From NCBI GenBank assembly GCA_012522695.1, contig JAAYJX010000110.1, positions 1 to 52,348 on the forward strand: a stretch of 52,348 nucleotides of DNA. Direction: 5' to 3'. The notes under the pieces were generated by a model, which worked only from the letters and a program-made list of their open reading frames with translations, searched no databases and was not told the DNA's origin. The position numbers were made by a program, and so were the translations under genes. Shown here piece by piece: positions 1-10,780 of the stretch; position 1 is the stretch's first letter, and each line of letters opens with the position of its first letter. Origin of the DNA: Erysipelotrichia bacterium (GTDB lineage: Bacteria; Bacillota_I; Bacilli_A; RFN20; CAG-826).

Positions 1-2
1 CG

Positions 3-929
3 ATATTAGTTGGTGAAGATTTAATTAGCCTTCAGGACGTCAAAATGTTTATTCTTGATGAAGCTGATATGTTAATGGAGTTTGGTTATTTTAAAGAAAT
101 TGATTCCATTTTTCAATTATTTAAAAAAGCTTTACAAGTTATGGTTTTTTCCGCAACTTTTGCAGCGCATTTAAAAGTTCATTTAGAAAAATATGTTGGT
201 GCAAACTTTTCAATTGAAGTTAGCGAACAAAAAACAGCCGCCTTAGTTAAACATTACGCCCTTGATATTAAACATCAAGATCCTTTTAAAATGATTTTAA
301 CTTTTATTAAACAATATCGACCTTATTTATTAATTATTTTTGCTAATTTAAAAGAAGAAGTTGATAACATTAGTCGATATTTAAGTGAAAATAATTTAAA
401 ACACATTAAAATTCATGGTGATTTAAAAGCTCGCCAAAGAAAAGCTAGTTATAAAAAAATCTTAAGTGATGAATACCCAATTATTGTTGCAAGTGATTTA
501 GCAGCGCGTGGTTTAGATATTGATAACATTAGTGAAGTTTTAAATTACAATTTACCAAATGATTTAACTTACTACTTTCACCGAGCTGGACGGACTGGGC
601 GATTTTTTAGTGAAGGTAAATGTTTTAGTTTTTATAACGTCGACACTTTAAAACAAATTGAGCAACTAGAAAAACAAAATATAAATTTTACTTTTTTAGA
701 AATCAAAAATGATGAGTTTGTTATTAAAAAAGTTGATAAAGAGGAAAAAATATCAAAACAAGAAGACACTGAATATATCAAAAAGATTAAAAAGGTTGTT
801 ATAGAAACAAAAGGAAAAAAAGTACGACCTAATTATAAAAAGAAAATGAGACATTCGATTAAAAAGGTGACAAAAAAGTATCAACAAAATATTAAAAAAA
901 GACAAAAAAGAGAGGAAAAAAGAAAATGA
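3..929 (+). CDS. cshB: DEAD-box RNA helicase (CshB-like), 5'-truncated by the window edge
   Basis: Motifs DEAD, SAT, ARGLD and HRAGRTGR, plus a basic C-terminal tail. The frame is open back to base 3. It sits next to nfo, as in B. subtilis. Confidence 0.85.
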   Translation: MLVGEDLISLQDVKMFILDEADMLMEFGYFKEIDSIFQLFKKALQVMVFSATFAAHLKVHLEKYVGANFSIEVSEQKTAALVKHYALDIKHQDPFKMILTFIKQYRPYLLIIFANLKEEVDNISRYLSENNLKHIKIHGDLKARQRKASYKKILSDEYPIIVASDLAARGLDIDNISEVLNYNLPNDLTYYFHRAGRTGRFFSEGKCFSFYNVDTLKQIEQLEKQNINFTFLEIKNDEFVIKKVDKEEKISKQEDTEYIKKIKKVVIETKGKKVRPNYKKKMRHSIKKVTKKYQQNIKKRQKREEKRK

Positions 930-1813
930 GTAAATTAATTATTGGCTCGCACGTTTCAATGTCAGCACCTAAATATTATTTAGGTAGTGTTGAGGAGGCC
1001 TTATCATATGGGGCAAATACGTTAATGATTTATACTGGCGCGCCACAAAATGCGATTCGTAAACCGGTGAGTGAATTAAATATTGAAGAAGGGAGAAAAT
1101 TACTTCTTGAACACGGAATTGATGAAAATAAAATTGTCGTCCACGCTCCATATATTATTAATATCGGTAATAAATTAAATCCACCAACTTATGAATCTTC
1201 AAAAGATTTTTTAGTTCAAGAATTAAAACGTGTTGCAGCGTTTGGACTTAGTATTTTAGTTCTTCATCCAGGTAGTCATTTAAAAAATGGAATTGAAATC
1301 GGCCTAACTTCAATCGTTGAGGCTTTAGATGAAGTTTTTTCTCGCGATGGCACAGATGTTAAGATTGCCCTAGAAACAATGGCAGGAAAAGGTAGTGAAG
1401 TTGGTAGTCGTTTTGAAGAAATTCAATATATTATTGAACATACCAAATATCCTCATCGCCTCGGTGTTTGTTTAGATACTTGTCATATTTCTGATGCTGG
1501 CTATAACGTTCATGATATCGAAGGTATTTTAAAAACCTTTGATGAAACTATTGGTCTAGATAAACTTCTTGTTCTTCATATTAACGATTCAAAAAACGAA
1601 CGCGGCGCACGTAAAGATCGTCACGCTAATATTGGATATGGTGAAGTCGGTTTTGAAACGACGCATGCTTATATCAAACACCCTTTATTAATGCATGTCC
1701 CCAAAATTTTAGAAACACCTTATATTAATGGTAAACCGCCTTATAAAATTGAAATTGAAATGCTTAAAAGCGGTCAATTCAAAGAAGGTTGGGTTGAAAA
1801 ATTTGATAATTAG
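926..1813 (+). CDS. nfo: Endonuclease IV
   Basis: Zn-ligand motifs [29 protein letters not shown] and DRH. Confidence 0.95.
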   Translation: MSKLIIGSHVSMSAPKYYLGSVEEALSYGANTLMIYTGAPQNAIRKPVSELNIEEGRKLLLEHGIDENKIVVHAPYIINIGNKLNPPTYESSKDFLVQELKRVAAFGLSILVLHPGSHLKNGIEIGLTSIVEALDEVFSRDGTDVKIALETMAGKGSEVGSRFEEIQYIIEHTKYPHRLGVCLDTCHISDAGYNVHDIEGILKTFDETIGLDKLLVLHINDSKNERGARKDRHANIGYGEVGFETTHAYIKHPLLMHVPKILETPYINGKPPYKIEIEMLKSGQFKEGWVEKFDN

Positions 1814-2865
1814 TAATCTTTTTCGATTTCTTTAATTAATATCTCATAGGCTTCATCTTCAGAAACAGTTTTAATAACTTGTCCCTTTTTAAATAAAACC
1901 CATTTGTTTTTGCCGCCTGCTAAACCGTAGTCAGCATCTTTTGCTTCGCCTGGTCCGTTTACAACACAGCCCATCACTGCAACTTTTAAGGCTAAATTAC
2001 GTTTTTCTAAATAAGTTAGAACTTTTTTAGCCATTTTAACGACATCAACTTCAGTTCGTCCACACGTCGGACAAGAAATAATTGTTGGATAGTTAGGATA
2101 TAAATTTAAATCATGCAATAAACGTTTGGCCGCAATAATTTCTTCTTTTGGTTCATCACTTAGTGAAATGCGAATCGTATCGCCAATACCTTCACTTAAA
2201 AGCGGTGCTAGGCCGGCTACAGAGCGGATTAAACCGATATCCTTAGGTCCGGCTTCAGTTATCCCTAAATGTAAGGGGTAGGGGAAAATATCTTTTGCGA
2301 GTCGATATGCTTCAATTGTCGATAAAACGTCCGATCCTTTTAAAGATACAACAATCTCATAAAAATTGAAGTTTTCTAAAATCGCAATTTGTTTTTTAGC
2401 TGAATGAAGAAGTTTTTCGCTAAGACTAACGCCTTCTAAACTCGCACTTTCTTTGTCTAAAGAACCAAAATTAACACCAACTCGAATTGGAACTTTGTAC
2501 TTTTTACAAAGTTGAACGATTTCTTTGATTTTATTTGGATCACTAATATTACCAGGATTAAGGCGAATTTTATCCGCTCCGTTTTCAAGAGCTAAAAGCG
2601 CCAACTTATAATCAAAATGAATATCAGCAACAATTGGGATAATCGTTTGTTTTTTAATTTCTTTTAAAGCATAAGCATCATCTTGATCTAAAATTGAAAC
2701 GCGCATTAAAGAAGCTCCTAATAAAGCGGCTTCGTTAATTTGCTTAACGACTTCTTTTATTTTTGAAGTTTTTATATTACACATCGACTGAATTAAAACT
2801 TTATTTTGTCCACCAAGAGGGACACCGGCAATGTTAAGTTGTTTTGTTTTAATTCGTGGAAGCAT
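1810..2865 (-). CDS. ispG: HMBPP synthase (MEP pathway)
   Basis: [26 protein letters not shown] and [10 protein letters not shown]. Confidence 0.95.
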   Translation of the reverse strand: MLPRIKTKQLNIAGVPLGGQNKVLIQSMCNIKTSKIKEVVKQINEAALLGASLMRVSILDQDDAYALKEIKKQTIIPIVADIHFDYKLALLALENGADKIRLNPGNISDPNKIKEIVQLCKKYKVPIRVGVNFGSLDKESASLEGVSLSEKLLHSAKKQIAILENFNFYEIVVSLKGSDVLSTIEAYRLAKDIFPYPLHLGITEAGPKDIGLIRSVAGLAPLLSEGIGDTIRISLSDEPKEEIIAAKRLLHDLNLYPNYPTIISCPTCGRTEVDVVKMAKKVLTYLEKRNLALKVAVMGCVVNGPGEAKDADYGLAGGKNKWVLFKKGQVIKTVSEDEAYEILIKEIEKDY

Positions 2866-2959
2866 AATTACATATAATTATAACATTAGATATATTTTAA
2901 TAGAAATCTTTATTTTCTTATGGTATTATTGATTAGCAAAATGAGAAGAGGTAGATTAA

Positions 2960-3109
2960 ATGCGCGACAATTTTATATTAAGATGTACGGAATGTAATGA
3001 AGAAAATTATCTAGCTGATAAAAACAAAAAAACAAAACCAGAACGTTTAGAAAAAAAGAAATATTGCTCACGTTGTAATAAACATACTCTCCATCGTGAG
3101 AAAAAATAA
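2960..3109 (+). CDS. rpmG: 50S ribosomal protein L33, Zn-binding form (49 aa, not in the ORF track)
   Basis: Hand translation gives [57 protein letters not shown] upstream. Confidence 0.95.
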   Translation: MRDNFILRCTECNEENYLADKNKKTKPERLEKKKYCSRCNKHTLHREKK

Positions 3110-3125
3110 ATAGGTTTTTAATTAA

Positions 3126-3773
3126 ATGTTTATTCATTCGATTTTTGGCGAAGGCCATAGTTGTAATAGTTTTCTTTTAGTAGATAAAAAAACCTCAAAA
3201 GCAATTATTATTGATCCAGGTTTAAACGGGCAAAAGATTTTATCTTTTTTAGAAGAAAATCAAATAGAAGTTGAAAATATATTATTAACACATGGTCACT
3301 TTGACCATATTGAAGAAGTTCCCCTTATTTTAGAACAATTTCCTCAAGCTAAAGTTTATTTACATGAATTAGAAAAAGAATTTTTGCTAGATTCAAAACT
3401 TAATTGTTCGGCTTTTGTTCATTTTAGTCATAAAGTCGAAATTAATATCGACCCAGTTTTAATTTCAAAGGGTGAAAAAATAAAGTTTGGTCAACATATA
3501 ATTAAAATTAAACATACGCCGTTTCATACTCGAGGTAGTGTGAGTTACTACATAGAAGATATAAACGCATTATTTGGTGGTGATACTTTATTTAAAGGCG
3601 CGATCGGAAGAAGCGACTTACCAACTGGTGATCCATTTTTAGTTTATAAAAGCCTTAGTAAAATAAGAGCGCTTCCTCCAGAAACTGTTATTTATCCAGG
3701 ACACGGACCTTTAACAACAATAGAAGACGAAGCAAAAAACAACGTTTTTTTACTAAGTAAAGTTGGAATTTAA
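3126..3773 (+). CDS. MBL-fold metallohydrolase (glyoxalase II-like)
   Basis: THGHFDH, HTPFHTRGS, GDTLF and YPGHG. Confidence 0.9.
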   Translation: MFIHSIFGEGHSCNSFLLVDKKTSKAIIIDPGLNGQKILSFLEENQIEVENILLTHGHFDHIEEVPLILEQFPQAKVYLHELEKEFLLDSKLNCSAFVHFSHKVEINIDPVLISKGEKIKFGQHIIKIKHTPFHTRGSVSYYIEDINALFGGDTLFKGAIGRSDLPTGDPFLVYKSLSKIRALPPETVIYPGHGPLTTIEDEAKNNVFLLSKVGI

Positions 3774-3817
3774 GACGCAAATTTGCTAAAATAAAGAGTT
3801 GATAGGAGAGAAAAAGT

Positions 3818-4375
3818 ATGATTAACGTTACAGAATTAAGACCAGGTAATTACTTTATTGATGAAGGCGTTTTATATTTAGTTCTTGATATTTTACTTAA
3901 TAAAACAGCGATGCGAAAAATGGTTGCAAAAATTAAAGCCAAGAATTTAAGAACGGGTGCTATTTTAGATTTATCACGCAATAGTGGCTATTTAGTTGAA
4001 CCAGTGCGTTTAGATAAAAAGAAGATGACATATTTGTACGATACAGATAATACACTCGTTTTTATGGATCAAGTTACATTTGATCAAATCGAATTAGAAA
4101 AAGACAAAATGGTATGGGAAAGAAATTTTCTTGTAAGTAATGCTGAAATTGAAATTTTAGCTTACGAAGATGAAATTTTAGGTTTATCACTTCCACCAAA
4201 AGTTGCCTTAGAAATTATTGAATGTGAACCAGCTGTTCGTGGTGATACAGTTAATAAGGCAATGAAAGATGCTATTTTAGAAACAGGCTTAAAATTACGT
4301 GTCCCGCTTTTTATTGAAAGTGGTGAGACGATTTTAGTTAGAACTGATAACGGCCAATACGACGGTCGTGCTTAG
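3818..4375 (+). CDS. efp: Elongation factor P
   Basis: 185 aa with FMDQVTFDQ, EPAVRGDT and LETGLKLRVPLFI. The tip loop is atypical (see findings). Confidence 0.92.
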   Translation: MINVTELRPGNYFIDEGVLYLVLDILLNKTAMRKMVAKIKAKNLRTGAILDLSRNSGYLVEPVRLDKKKMTYLYDTDNTLVFMDQVTFDQIELEKDKMVWERNFLVSNAEIEILAYEDEILGLSLPPKVALEIIECEPAVRGDTVNKAMKDAILETGLKLRVPLFIESGETILVRTDNGQYDGRA

Positions 4376-4390
4376 GAAAGGGGAAATATT

Positions 4391-4606
4391 ATGCCAACAT
4401 GGTCATGGATTATGTTAATTATCTTAGCCCTCATCGGCGGGCTCGTCGGAGGATTTTTTGGCTCCCGTTGGTTGTTTAAAAGAGAGCTTGAAAAAAACCC
4501 ACCAATTAATGAAAATATGATTCGCGCAATGTTTACTTCAATGGGTCGAAAACCTAGTGAAGCACAAATTCGTGCAGTCATGAACAACATGAAAAAACAC
4601 CAATAA
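4391..4606 (+). CDS. YneF/UPF0154 family membrane protein
   Basis: N-terminal TM helix followed by NPPINENMIRAMF.MGRKPSE. Confidence 0.9.
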   Translation: MPTWSWIMLIILALIGGLVGGFFGSRWLFKRELEKNPPINENMIRAMFTSMGRKPSEAQIRAVMNNMKKHQ

Positions 4607-4628
4607 GATGTTTAAACAAAGCTAAAGA

Positions 4629-4656
4629 AGGAGTGCGAATATGCACTTCTTTTTTT
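4629..4656 (+). terminator. Intrinsic terminator after the yneF-family gene
   Basis: AGGAGTGC-loop-GCACTTCT followed by a T-run. Confidence 0.7.
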
Positions 4657-4817
4657 ATTAACTTTCTCCTTAAAAAATTAACCTTCAATTAAAAATATCT
4701 TTTACTTTTGTCAATGAAAAATATCGATAGCATCTAAGTTTTTTATTAACATTGACTCTTATATAGAAGTTGTGCACAATAGTAAAAACTACTAATAATA
4801 TACTAATTTATTACTAA

Positions 4818-5531
4818 TTATTTCATCCATTTAACAGTTGGTTCTTCATTATTTTTAAGACGAGTGATGTTTTCTTTATGACGAATAAAAATTAAAACCG
4901 CCATTAATAAAACGATGAGTGCATATTCCCAAGAGGGGATAAAAAGTAGGTCTTTACCCCACATTAAAAGAGCGCTGGCGTCAGCGTTAAATAAACTTAA
5001 AAAGAACATAAACCAAGCTGCAAGAGTAATACTTACAGCACTAACTAAAGATGATAAAGAAACGATTTTTTTCCACTTTAAAACAGCAAAGAAAATTAAG
5101 CCAAGAAGTGTAACAAACCAGCTAGTAGTAATTATAAAACCAGCAACAGTTGAAACAGCTTTCCCGCCTTTAAATTTTGCGTAGACTGGGTAACAATGAC
5201 CAAGCGTTGCACCAAAAGAAGCTAAATAATAAAAGAGGATTCCGTTTTGATAAAGGGAAAAATAAGTTTCAAGTTTTGTTATTTTAATAAGAAAAAAGAC
5301 AAGCCATAAAGCAATAATACTTTTAATAACGTCAACAATCATAACAATTAAGCCAATTTTTATTCCCCAAATACGACCAGCGTTCGTTCCGCCAGCGTTT
5401 TTTGAGCCAAAATCACGAGGGTCTTGTTTGAATAAAACTTTGCCAAGAATTATTGCTGTTGGAAAAGCACCAATAAAATATCCAATTATTATTGATCCTA
5501 ATGCTACACCTATATTATAAATAATATCCAT
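4818..5531 (-). CDS. plsY: Glycerol-3-phosphate acyltransferase PlsY
   Basis: GSKNAGGTN, GHCYPV, FKGGKAVST and RHKENI. Divergent from parE. Confidence 0.95.
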   Translation of the reverse strand: MDIIYNIGVALGSIIIGYFIGAFPTAIILGKVLFKQDPRDFGSKNAGGTNAGRIWGIKIGLIVMIVDVIKSIIALWLVFFLIKITKLETYFSLYQNGILFYYLASFGATLGHCYPVYAKFKGGKAVSTVAGFIITTSWFVTLLGLIFFAVLKWKKIVSLSSLVSAVSITLAAWFMFFLSLFNADASALLMWGKDLLFIPSWEYALIVLLMAVLIFIRHKENITRLKNNEEPTVKWMK

Positions 5532-5613
5532 CTTTTTTCTTGTCTTTAATGCTTAATATTATATATAAGTATTGTAGCAAAGGGAAATTATTTTGCTATA
5601 ATACAAGGTTGTA

Positions 5614-7593
5614 ATGACAAAAATAAAAAAACAAACAAAGAAAATAACCGAGGTAAAGAAAGTGACAAAGAGCAATTACACAGCAAAAGACATTGACTTA
5701 CTCGAAGGTTTAAGTGGCGTTCGCAAACGTCCAGCAATGTATATTGGTTCGACTAATTTATACGGACTTCATCACTTAGTATGGGAAGTTGTTGATAATG
5801 GAATTGATGAAGCTTTATCAGGATATGGAAGTCGAATTACAATTATTATTCATAAAGACGGTTCGCTTTCTGTTCAAGACGAAGGACGAGGAATTCCGGT
5901 TGATCTTCATGCAAAAGCTAAAGTACCAGCTGTTCAACTAATTTTTTCAACACTTCATTCAGGTGGTAAATTTTCAAGTGCAGTTTATAAAACAAGTGCT
6001 GGCCTTCACGGTGTTGGCGCAGCAGTGACAAATGCCTTAAGTGAATATTTAGACGTAACAGTTTATCGTGATCAAACAATATACCATCTTCGATTCGAAG
6101 ATGGAGGCAAACTCGTTACTCCCTTAGAAGAATTAGGAAAAACGACAAAACATGGAACGTTAGTTCGTTTTAAACCTGATTCAAAAATTTTTCCAAGTGT
6201 CGAATTTAAATGGGAAACAATATATAACCGTTTACAAGAAAACGCTTTTTTAATGAAACGCGTTCGCTTCATACTTAAGGATGAAAGAAGTGATCTTTCT
6301 CATGAATTTTATTATCCTAACGGGATTAGAGAATACGTTGCAACCTTAACAGAAAACAAAAAAGCAATTGGGCCTATTTTGTTTTTTGAAGATGAAGTTA
6401 ATGAAATTAAAATTGAATGTGCTCTTCAATATTGTCAAGACGATTATAACGAATCAATTTACTCTTATGCTAATAACGTTCGAACAATTGAAGGTGGTAC
6501 ACATGAGACCGGTTTCCGTTTAGGTCTTACAAGAGTAATTAATGATTTCGTTAGTGAACATAACTTACTTAAAGGCAAGGCAAAACTTGAGGGTAGTGAT
6601 ATTCGCGAAGGCTTAACTGCAATTATATCCTTAAGAATTGCTGAAGAATTAAATCAATTTGAAGGTCAAACAAAAACAAAACTTGGCACACCAATTGCTA
6701 CTCCAGCGATGAATAACTTTATTTATAGTAAGCTTGCTTACTATTTAAACGAAAATAAGGAATATGCAGTTAATTTAATTAAGAAAATTAGTGATGCGCG
6801 AGACGCTCGTCTTGCTGCTAGAAAAGCTAAAGAAGAAGCTAGAAAAACAAAAAAAGTTAAAAATGAGCTCATAATAAGTGACAAATTAACACCTGCTCAA
6901 TCGAAGGAGTATGGATTAAATGAACTTTTTATTGTTGAAGGTGAATCTGCTGGTGGTACGGCAAGAAAAGGTCGAGACCGTGTTCATCAAGCTATTTTAC
7001 CACTTCGTGGTAAGCCGCTTAATACTGATAATGTGACGATGGAAAGAATGTTAAAAAACGAAGAATTTGCAACAATTATTTCCTCAATTGGTGCTGGAGT
7101 TGGTAGCCATTTTGACTTAGAAGATGCTAAATATGGCAAAATAATTATCATGACTGACGCTGATACTGATGGTGCGCATATTCAAACATTATTATTAACA
7201 TTTTTCTATCACTATATGCGTCCTCTTATCGTTAAGGGCAAAGTTTTTGTTGCTGTTCCGCCTTTATATCGAGTTTATAAAGAGGCAAATAAGAAGCTCA
7301 CATATCGGTATGCTTGGAATGATAAAGATTTAGAAAAAGCAAAAAAAGAAATAGGTGCTGGTTATAAAATTTCACGTTATAAAGGGCTTGGAGAAATGGA
7401 TGCAGAACAGCTTTGGGAAACGACAATGAATCCAAAAACAAGGCAACTAATTCGCGTCAAAATTATTGATCCTTTAATCGTTGAAAATCGTGTTAGTGTT
7501 TTAATGGGAAAAGACGCTTCAAGGCGACGTAAATGGGTTGAAGAAAATGTTGACTTTTCACTTGAAGATACTTTTTTAGAGGAAATTAGATAA
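5614..7593 (+). CDS. parE: Topoisomerase IV subunit B
   Basis: GHKL and TOPRIM motifs (EVVDNGIDE, PLRGK, MTDADTDG, YKGLGEM). The plsY-parEC synteny near the terminus favours ParE over GyrB. A GTG start at 5662 is possible. Confidence 0.88.
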   Translation: MTKIKKQTKKITEVKKVTKSNYTAKDIDLLEGLSGVRKRPAMYIGSTNLYGLHHLVWEVVDNGIDEALSGYGSRITIIIHKDGSLSVQDEGRGIPVDLHAKAKVPAVQLIFSTLHSGGKFSSAVYKTSAGLHGVGAAVTNALSEYLDVTVYRDQTIYHLRFEDGGKLVTPLEELGKTTKHGTLVRFKPDSKIFPSVEFKWETIYNRLQENAFLMKRVRFILKDERSDLSHEFYYPNGIREYVATLTENKKAIGPILFFEDEVNEIKIECALQYCQDDYNESIYSYANNVRTIEGGTHETGFRLGLTRVINDFVSEHNLLKGKAKLEGSDIREGLTAIISLRIAEELNQFEGQTKTKLGTPIATPAMNNFIYSKLAYYLNENKEYAVNLIKKISDARDARLAARKAKEEARKTKKVKNELIISDKLTPAQSKEYGLNELFIVEGESAGGTARKGRDRVHQAILPLRGKPLNTDNVTMERMLKNEEFATIISSIGAGVGSHFDLEDAKYGKIIIMTDADTDGAHIQTLLLTFFYHYMRPLIVKGKVFVAVPPLYRVYKEANKKLTYRYAWNDKDLEKAKKEIGAGYKISRYKGLGEMDAEQLWETTMNPKTRQLIRVKIIDPLIVENRVSVLMGKDASRRRKWVEENVDFSLEDTFLEEIR

Positions 7594-10208
7594 TGGCAAA
7601 AAAAGTAGTAAAAAAAGTTGAAAAAAAGGTAGAAATCGATAAAAAACCCGCGTTTCGCGAGAAAATTTCAAATCGTCCGCTTGAAGAAGTAATGGGCGAG
7701 AGGTATGCTTCTTATGCAAAATATGTTATTCAGGACCGAGCTATTCCTGATGTTCGTGATGGTTTAAAACCTGTCCAAAGAAGAATTATATATTCGATGT
7801 ATGAATCTGGAAATACATCTTCAAAAGCAATGCGAAAATGTGCTCATACAGTTGGGGCTGTGATGGGGAAATATCACCCTCATGGCGACACGTCAATTTA
7901 TGATGCTTTAACACGGATGTCGCAAGATTGGAAAGTTCGTGTTCCCTTAATTGATTTTCAAGGAAATAACGGTAGTATTGACGGTGACGTGGCTGCAGCA
8001 TATCGCTATACTGAATCGCGTCTAAGTGAAATTGCTGAAGAGTTAACACGTGATTTAGAAAAGAAAACAGTTGATTTTAATTTAACGTTTGATGATAGTG
8101 ATTTTGAGCCAAGTGTTTTACCAGCACGTTTTCCAAATCTTCTTGTCAATGGTAGTGAAGGTATTGCAGTGGCCCTAGCTACAGAAATTCCTCCACATAA
8201 CTTAAATGAAGTTATTGATGCTGTTATTTATCGTTTAACACACGTTCGAACAACGATTGATGATTTAATGCAGTTTATTAAAGGACCTGATTTTCCTACT
8301 GGTGGTGAAATTTTCGTTAGTGATGGCCTTAAAAATATATATGAAACAGGACGCGGGCGTATTGAAGTTGTCGCTAAAACTGAGATTATTAATGAGAAAG
8401 ATAAAAAACAACTTATTTTTACAGAAATACCATATAAGACAGTTAAAATTTCTTTAGTATACGAATTAGATAAAATTCGTCATAGTAAAGCAATTGATGG
8501 ACTCATTGAAGTACGTGATGAATCAGACCGTAACGGTTTAAGAATTGTTGTTGACTTAAAAAAAGACGCTAAGCCTGATGTCATTCTTGCTTATATTTTT
8601 AATAAAACACAATTAAAAAGTTCGTATTCTTCAAATATGGTAGCAATCGTTAATGGTAGACCAAAAACACTTAATCTTTTGCAAATGATTGATGCCTACA
8701 TCGAACATCAAGTTGACGTCATAACTAGACGGTCGCAATTTGATTTGGCTAAAAGCCAAAGACGTCTTCATATTGTTGATGGTTTAATTAAGGCTATTTC
8801 AATTGTTGATCAAATTGTTGCGACAATTAGATCTTCAAAAGATAAAGCTAATGCGAAAGAAAACTTACAAAAAAAATATGAATTTAGTGAAGAGCAAAGT
8901 GAAGCAATTGTCATGCTCCAACTTTATAAATTATCAAATACTGATATTTCGACATTAGTTAAAGAAAAAGCATCTTTAGAAAAATCAATTACGACTTTAG
9001 AAGGTATTTTAAGTGATCGGAAAAAATTAGATCGTGTTTTAATTAGAGATTTAAAAGAAATTGCTGCAAAATACGGCACACCAAGAAGAACACAAATCGT
9101 TGAAAAAGATATTAATTTGACGATTGATAAAAGAGATTTAATTGCAAAAGAAGAAGTAATTATTACTGTCACTCGTGATGGTTATATTAAACGTTCAACG
9201 ATTAAATCATATCGGGGAAGTGGACTTGCTTCGATGCCAGGTCTTAAAGAAGACGATATACTTGTATATCGTGGCCAAGCAATGACGACCGATTTTATGC
9301 TTGTTTTTACGAATCTTGGAAATTATTTATACATCCCGATTCACGAAATAATTGATACTAAATGGCGTGAAGAAGGTAAGCATATTAGTTACTTAATTTC
9401 ACTAGAAAATAAAGAAAAAATAATTTGTGCTTTTGCCGTTCAAAAGTTCCGTGATGATTTATATTTAATGCTCGTTAGTAAAAAAGGGCAAATTAAGCGT
9501 GTCGCCTTAGATCAATTCGTCGTTGTTCGTTATGCTCGACCAATTTTAGCGATGAAATTATTAAAAGATGACGAATTAGTCGATGTTGTTTTAACAAATG
9601 GTAATAATAACGTTTTAGTTTTAACATCTTCTGGTGGCTCACTTTTAATTAATGAAAATGAAGTTAGTACAGCGAGTTTAAGATCAGGTGGAGTTAAAGT
9701 CGTTAGTGAACTTAAAAAAGATTTAATTGTTAAATTATTAACGTTTGATTTAGAAGAAAAAGCTAAGATAGCTTTATTAACACATGCTGGCCATGTTCGG
9801 ATTTATGATTATTTAAATACGCCTATATCTTCAAGACTAAGCAAAGCCACGCCTATTTATCCTTGTTTTAAAAATGATCTTCATCGTTTAATTTACGCCG
9901 TAAAGATTAAACCTAGTGATAAAGAAATTAATTTACAAGTCCAGGCTAATAATAAGCAAGTTACAACGATAACGATTGATGATTTTTATATTACACCACG
10001 AAACCGTTATGCTCGGGCTAATGTAACATTACCAAGACGTTCCCATTTAAACATCGTTTTTCGAGAAGATGATATTTTAATTGATAAAAAAATCGTTGCT
10101 TTAAAGCCACCTTTAAAAGAAGAAGAAATCAAAGTTGAAAACTTAAAAGAGGCGAAGAAAAAAGATTACGAGCAAATTTCTATTTTCGAAGACGATGAAA
10201 ATAAATAG
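7593..10208 (+). CDS. parC: Topoisomerase IV subunit A
   Basis: ParC-type YVIQDRAIPDVRDGLKPVQRR, HPHGD and RYTE. No clear GyrA box. Confidence 0.88.
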   Translation: MAKKVVKKVEKKVEIDKKPAFREKISNRPLEEVMGERYASYAKYVIQDRAIPDVRDGLKPVQRRIIYSMYESGNTSSKAMRKCAHTVGAVMGKYHPHGDTSIYDALTRMSQDWKVRVPLIDFQGNNGSIDGDVAAAYRYTESRLSEIAEELTRDLEKKTVDFNLTFDDSDFEPSVLPARFPNLLVNGSEGIAVALATEIPPHNLNEVIDAVIYRLTHVRTTIDDLMQFIKGPDFPTGGEIFVSDGLKNIYETGRGRIEVVAKTEIINEKDKKQLIFTEIPYKTVKISLVYELDKIRHSKAIDGLIEVRDESDRNGLRIVVDLKKDAKPDVILAYIFNKTQLKSSYSSNMVAIVNGRPKTLNLLQMIDAYIEHQVDVITRRSQFDLAKSQRRLHIVDGLIKAISIVDQIVATIRSSKDKANAKENLQKKYEFSEEQSEAIVMLQLYKLSNTDISTLVKEKASLEKSITTLEGILSDRKKLDRVLIRDLKEIAAKYGTPRRTQIVEKDINLTIDKRDLIAKEEVIITVTRDGYIKRSTIKSYRGSGLASMPGLKEDDILVYRGQAMTTDFMLVFTNLGNYLYIPIHEIIDTKWREEGKHISYLISLENKEKIICAFAVQKFRDDLYLMLVSKKGQIKRVALDQFVVVRYARPILAMKLLKDDELVDVVLTNGNNNVLVLTSSGGSLLINENEVSTASLRSGGVKVVSELKKDLIVKLLTFDLEEKAKIALLTHAGHVRIYDYLNTPISSRLSKATPIYPCFKNDLHRLIYAVKIKPSDKEINLQVQANNKQVTTITIDDFYITPRNRYARANVTLPRRSHLNIVFREDDILIDKKIVALKPPLKEEEIKVENLKEAKKKDYEQISIFEDDENK

Positions 10209-10258
10209 TGAGAGTTATAAAGATTCATTTTTCACTCAATTTTAAGTAAAATATAAAT

Positions 10259-10780
10259 ATGAATAAAAACTTTATACCTTTTTGTGTAGCAAAAAGTATT
10301 TACGACCTTCCTCTTACTTTTTATCATAAACATCATATTAAAACCGTTTTTGTTGATTTAGATAACACACTTGATGCTTATAATAAATTAAATCCCTCAT
10401 CTCGAGCAATTAATTTAGTTAATAACTTTAAGAAAGAAAAAATAAATGTTATTATTGTATCAAATAATAAATTAAGTAGGGTTCGTCCTTATGCGAGTAA
10501 ATTAGATGTTCCTTTTCTTAACTCGTTAAGAAAGCCACTTTTATACAAAATGCGGCGCTTTCTAAAAAAAGAAAAGATTAAGATTGATGAAGCAATTTTA
10601 ATTGGCGATCAACTAATTACTGATATTTTATTTGCTAATCGTTTGAAAATGAAAAACGTCCTTGTCGCAAAACTTGTTAAAGAAGATCAATGGACAACTA
10701 AAATTAATCGCCTTTTTGATAAAAGAAGATATAAAAAATTACAAAAACAACAATTATTAGTTAGTTGGGAGGAAAAATAG
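10259..10780 (+). CDS. yqeG: YqeG-family HAD IIIA phosphatase
   Basis: DLDNT, SNN, KP and GDQLITD. First gene of the yqeG-yqeH-nadD-rsfS cluster. Confidence 0.88.
   Translation: MNKNFIPFCVAKSIYDLPLTFYHKHHIKTVFVDLDNTLDAYNKLNPSSRAINLVNNFKKEKINVIIVSNNKLSRVRPYASKLDVPFLNSLRKPLLYKMRRFLKKEKIKIDEAILIGDQLITDILFANRLKMKNVLVAKLVKEDQWTTKINRLFDKRRYKKLQKQQLLVSWEEK

Noticed and set aside
591-7443. Arg-codon reassignment (CGG>Trp or AGG>Met), as reported for some uncultured Bacilli
   Set aside because: CGG encodes an invariant Arg in helicase HRAGRTGR (591-593) and the Arg of Lon MPGR. AGG encodes the conserved Arg in ParE MNPKTR (7441-7443).
5614-10208. gyrB-gyrA and an origin region
   Set aside because: The ParC-type N-terminus, plsY adjacency, convergent gene polarity and dif all indicate parEC at the terminus. 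No dnaA or dnaN is present.
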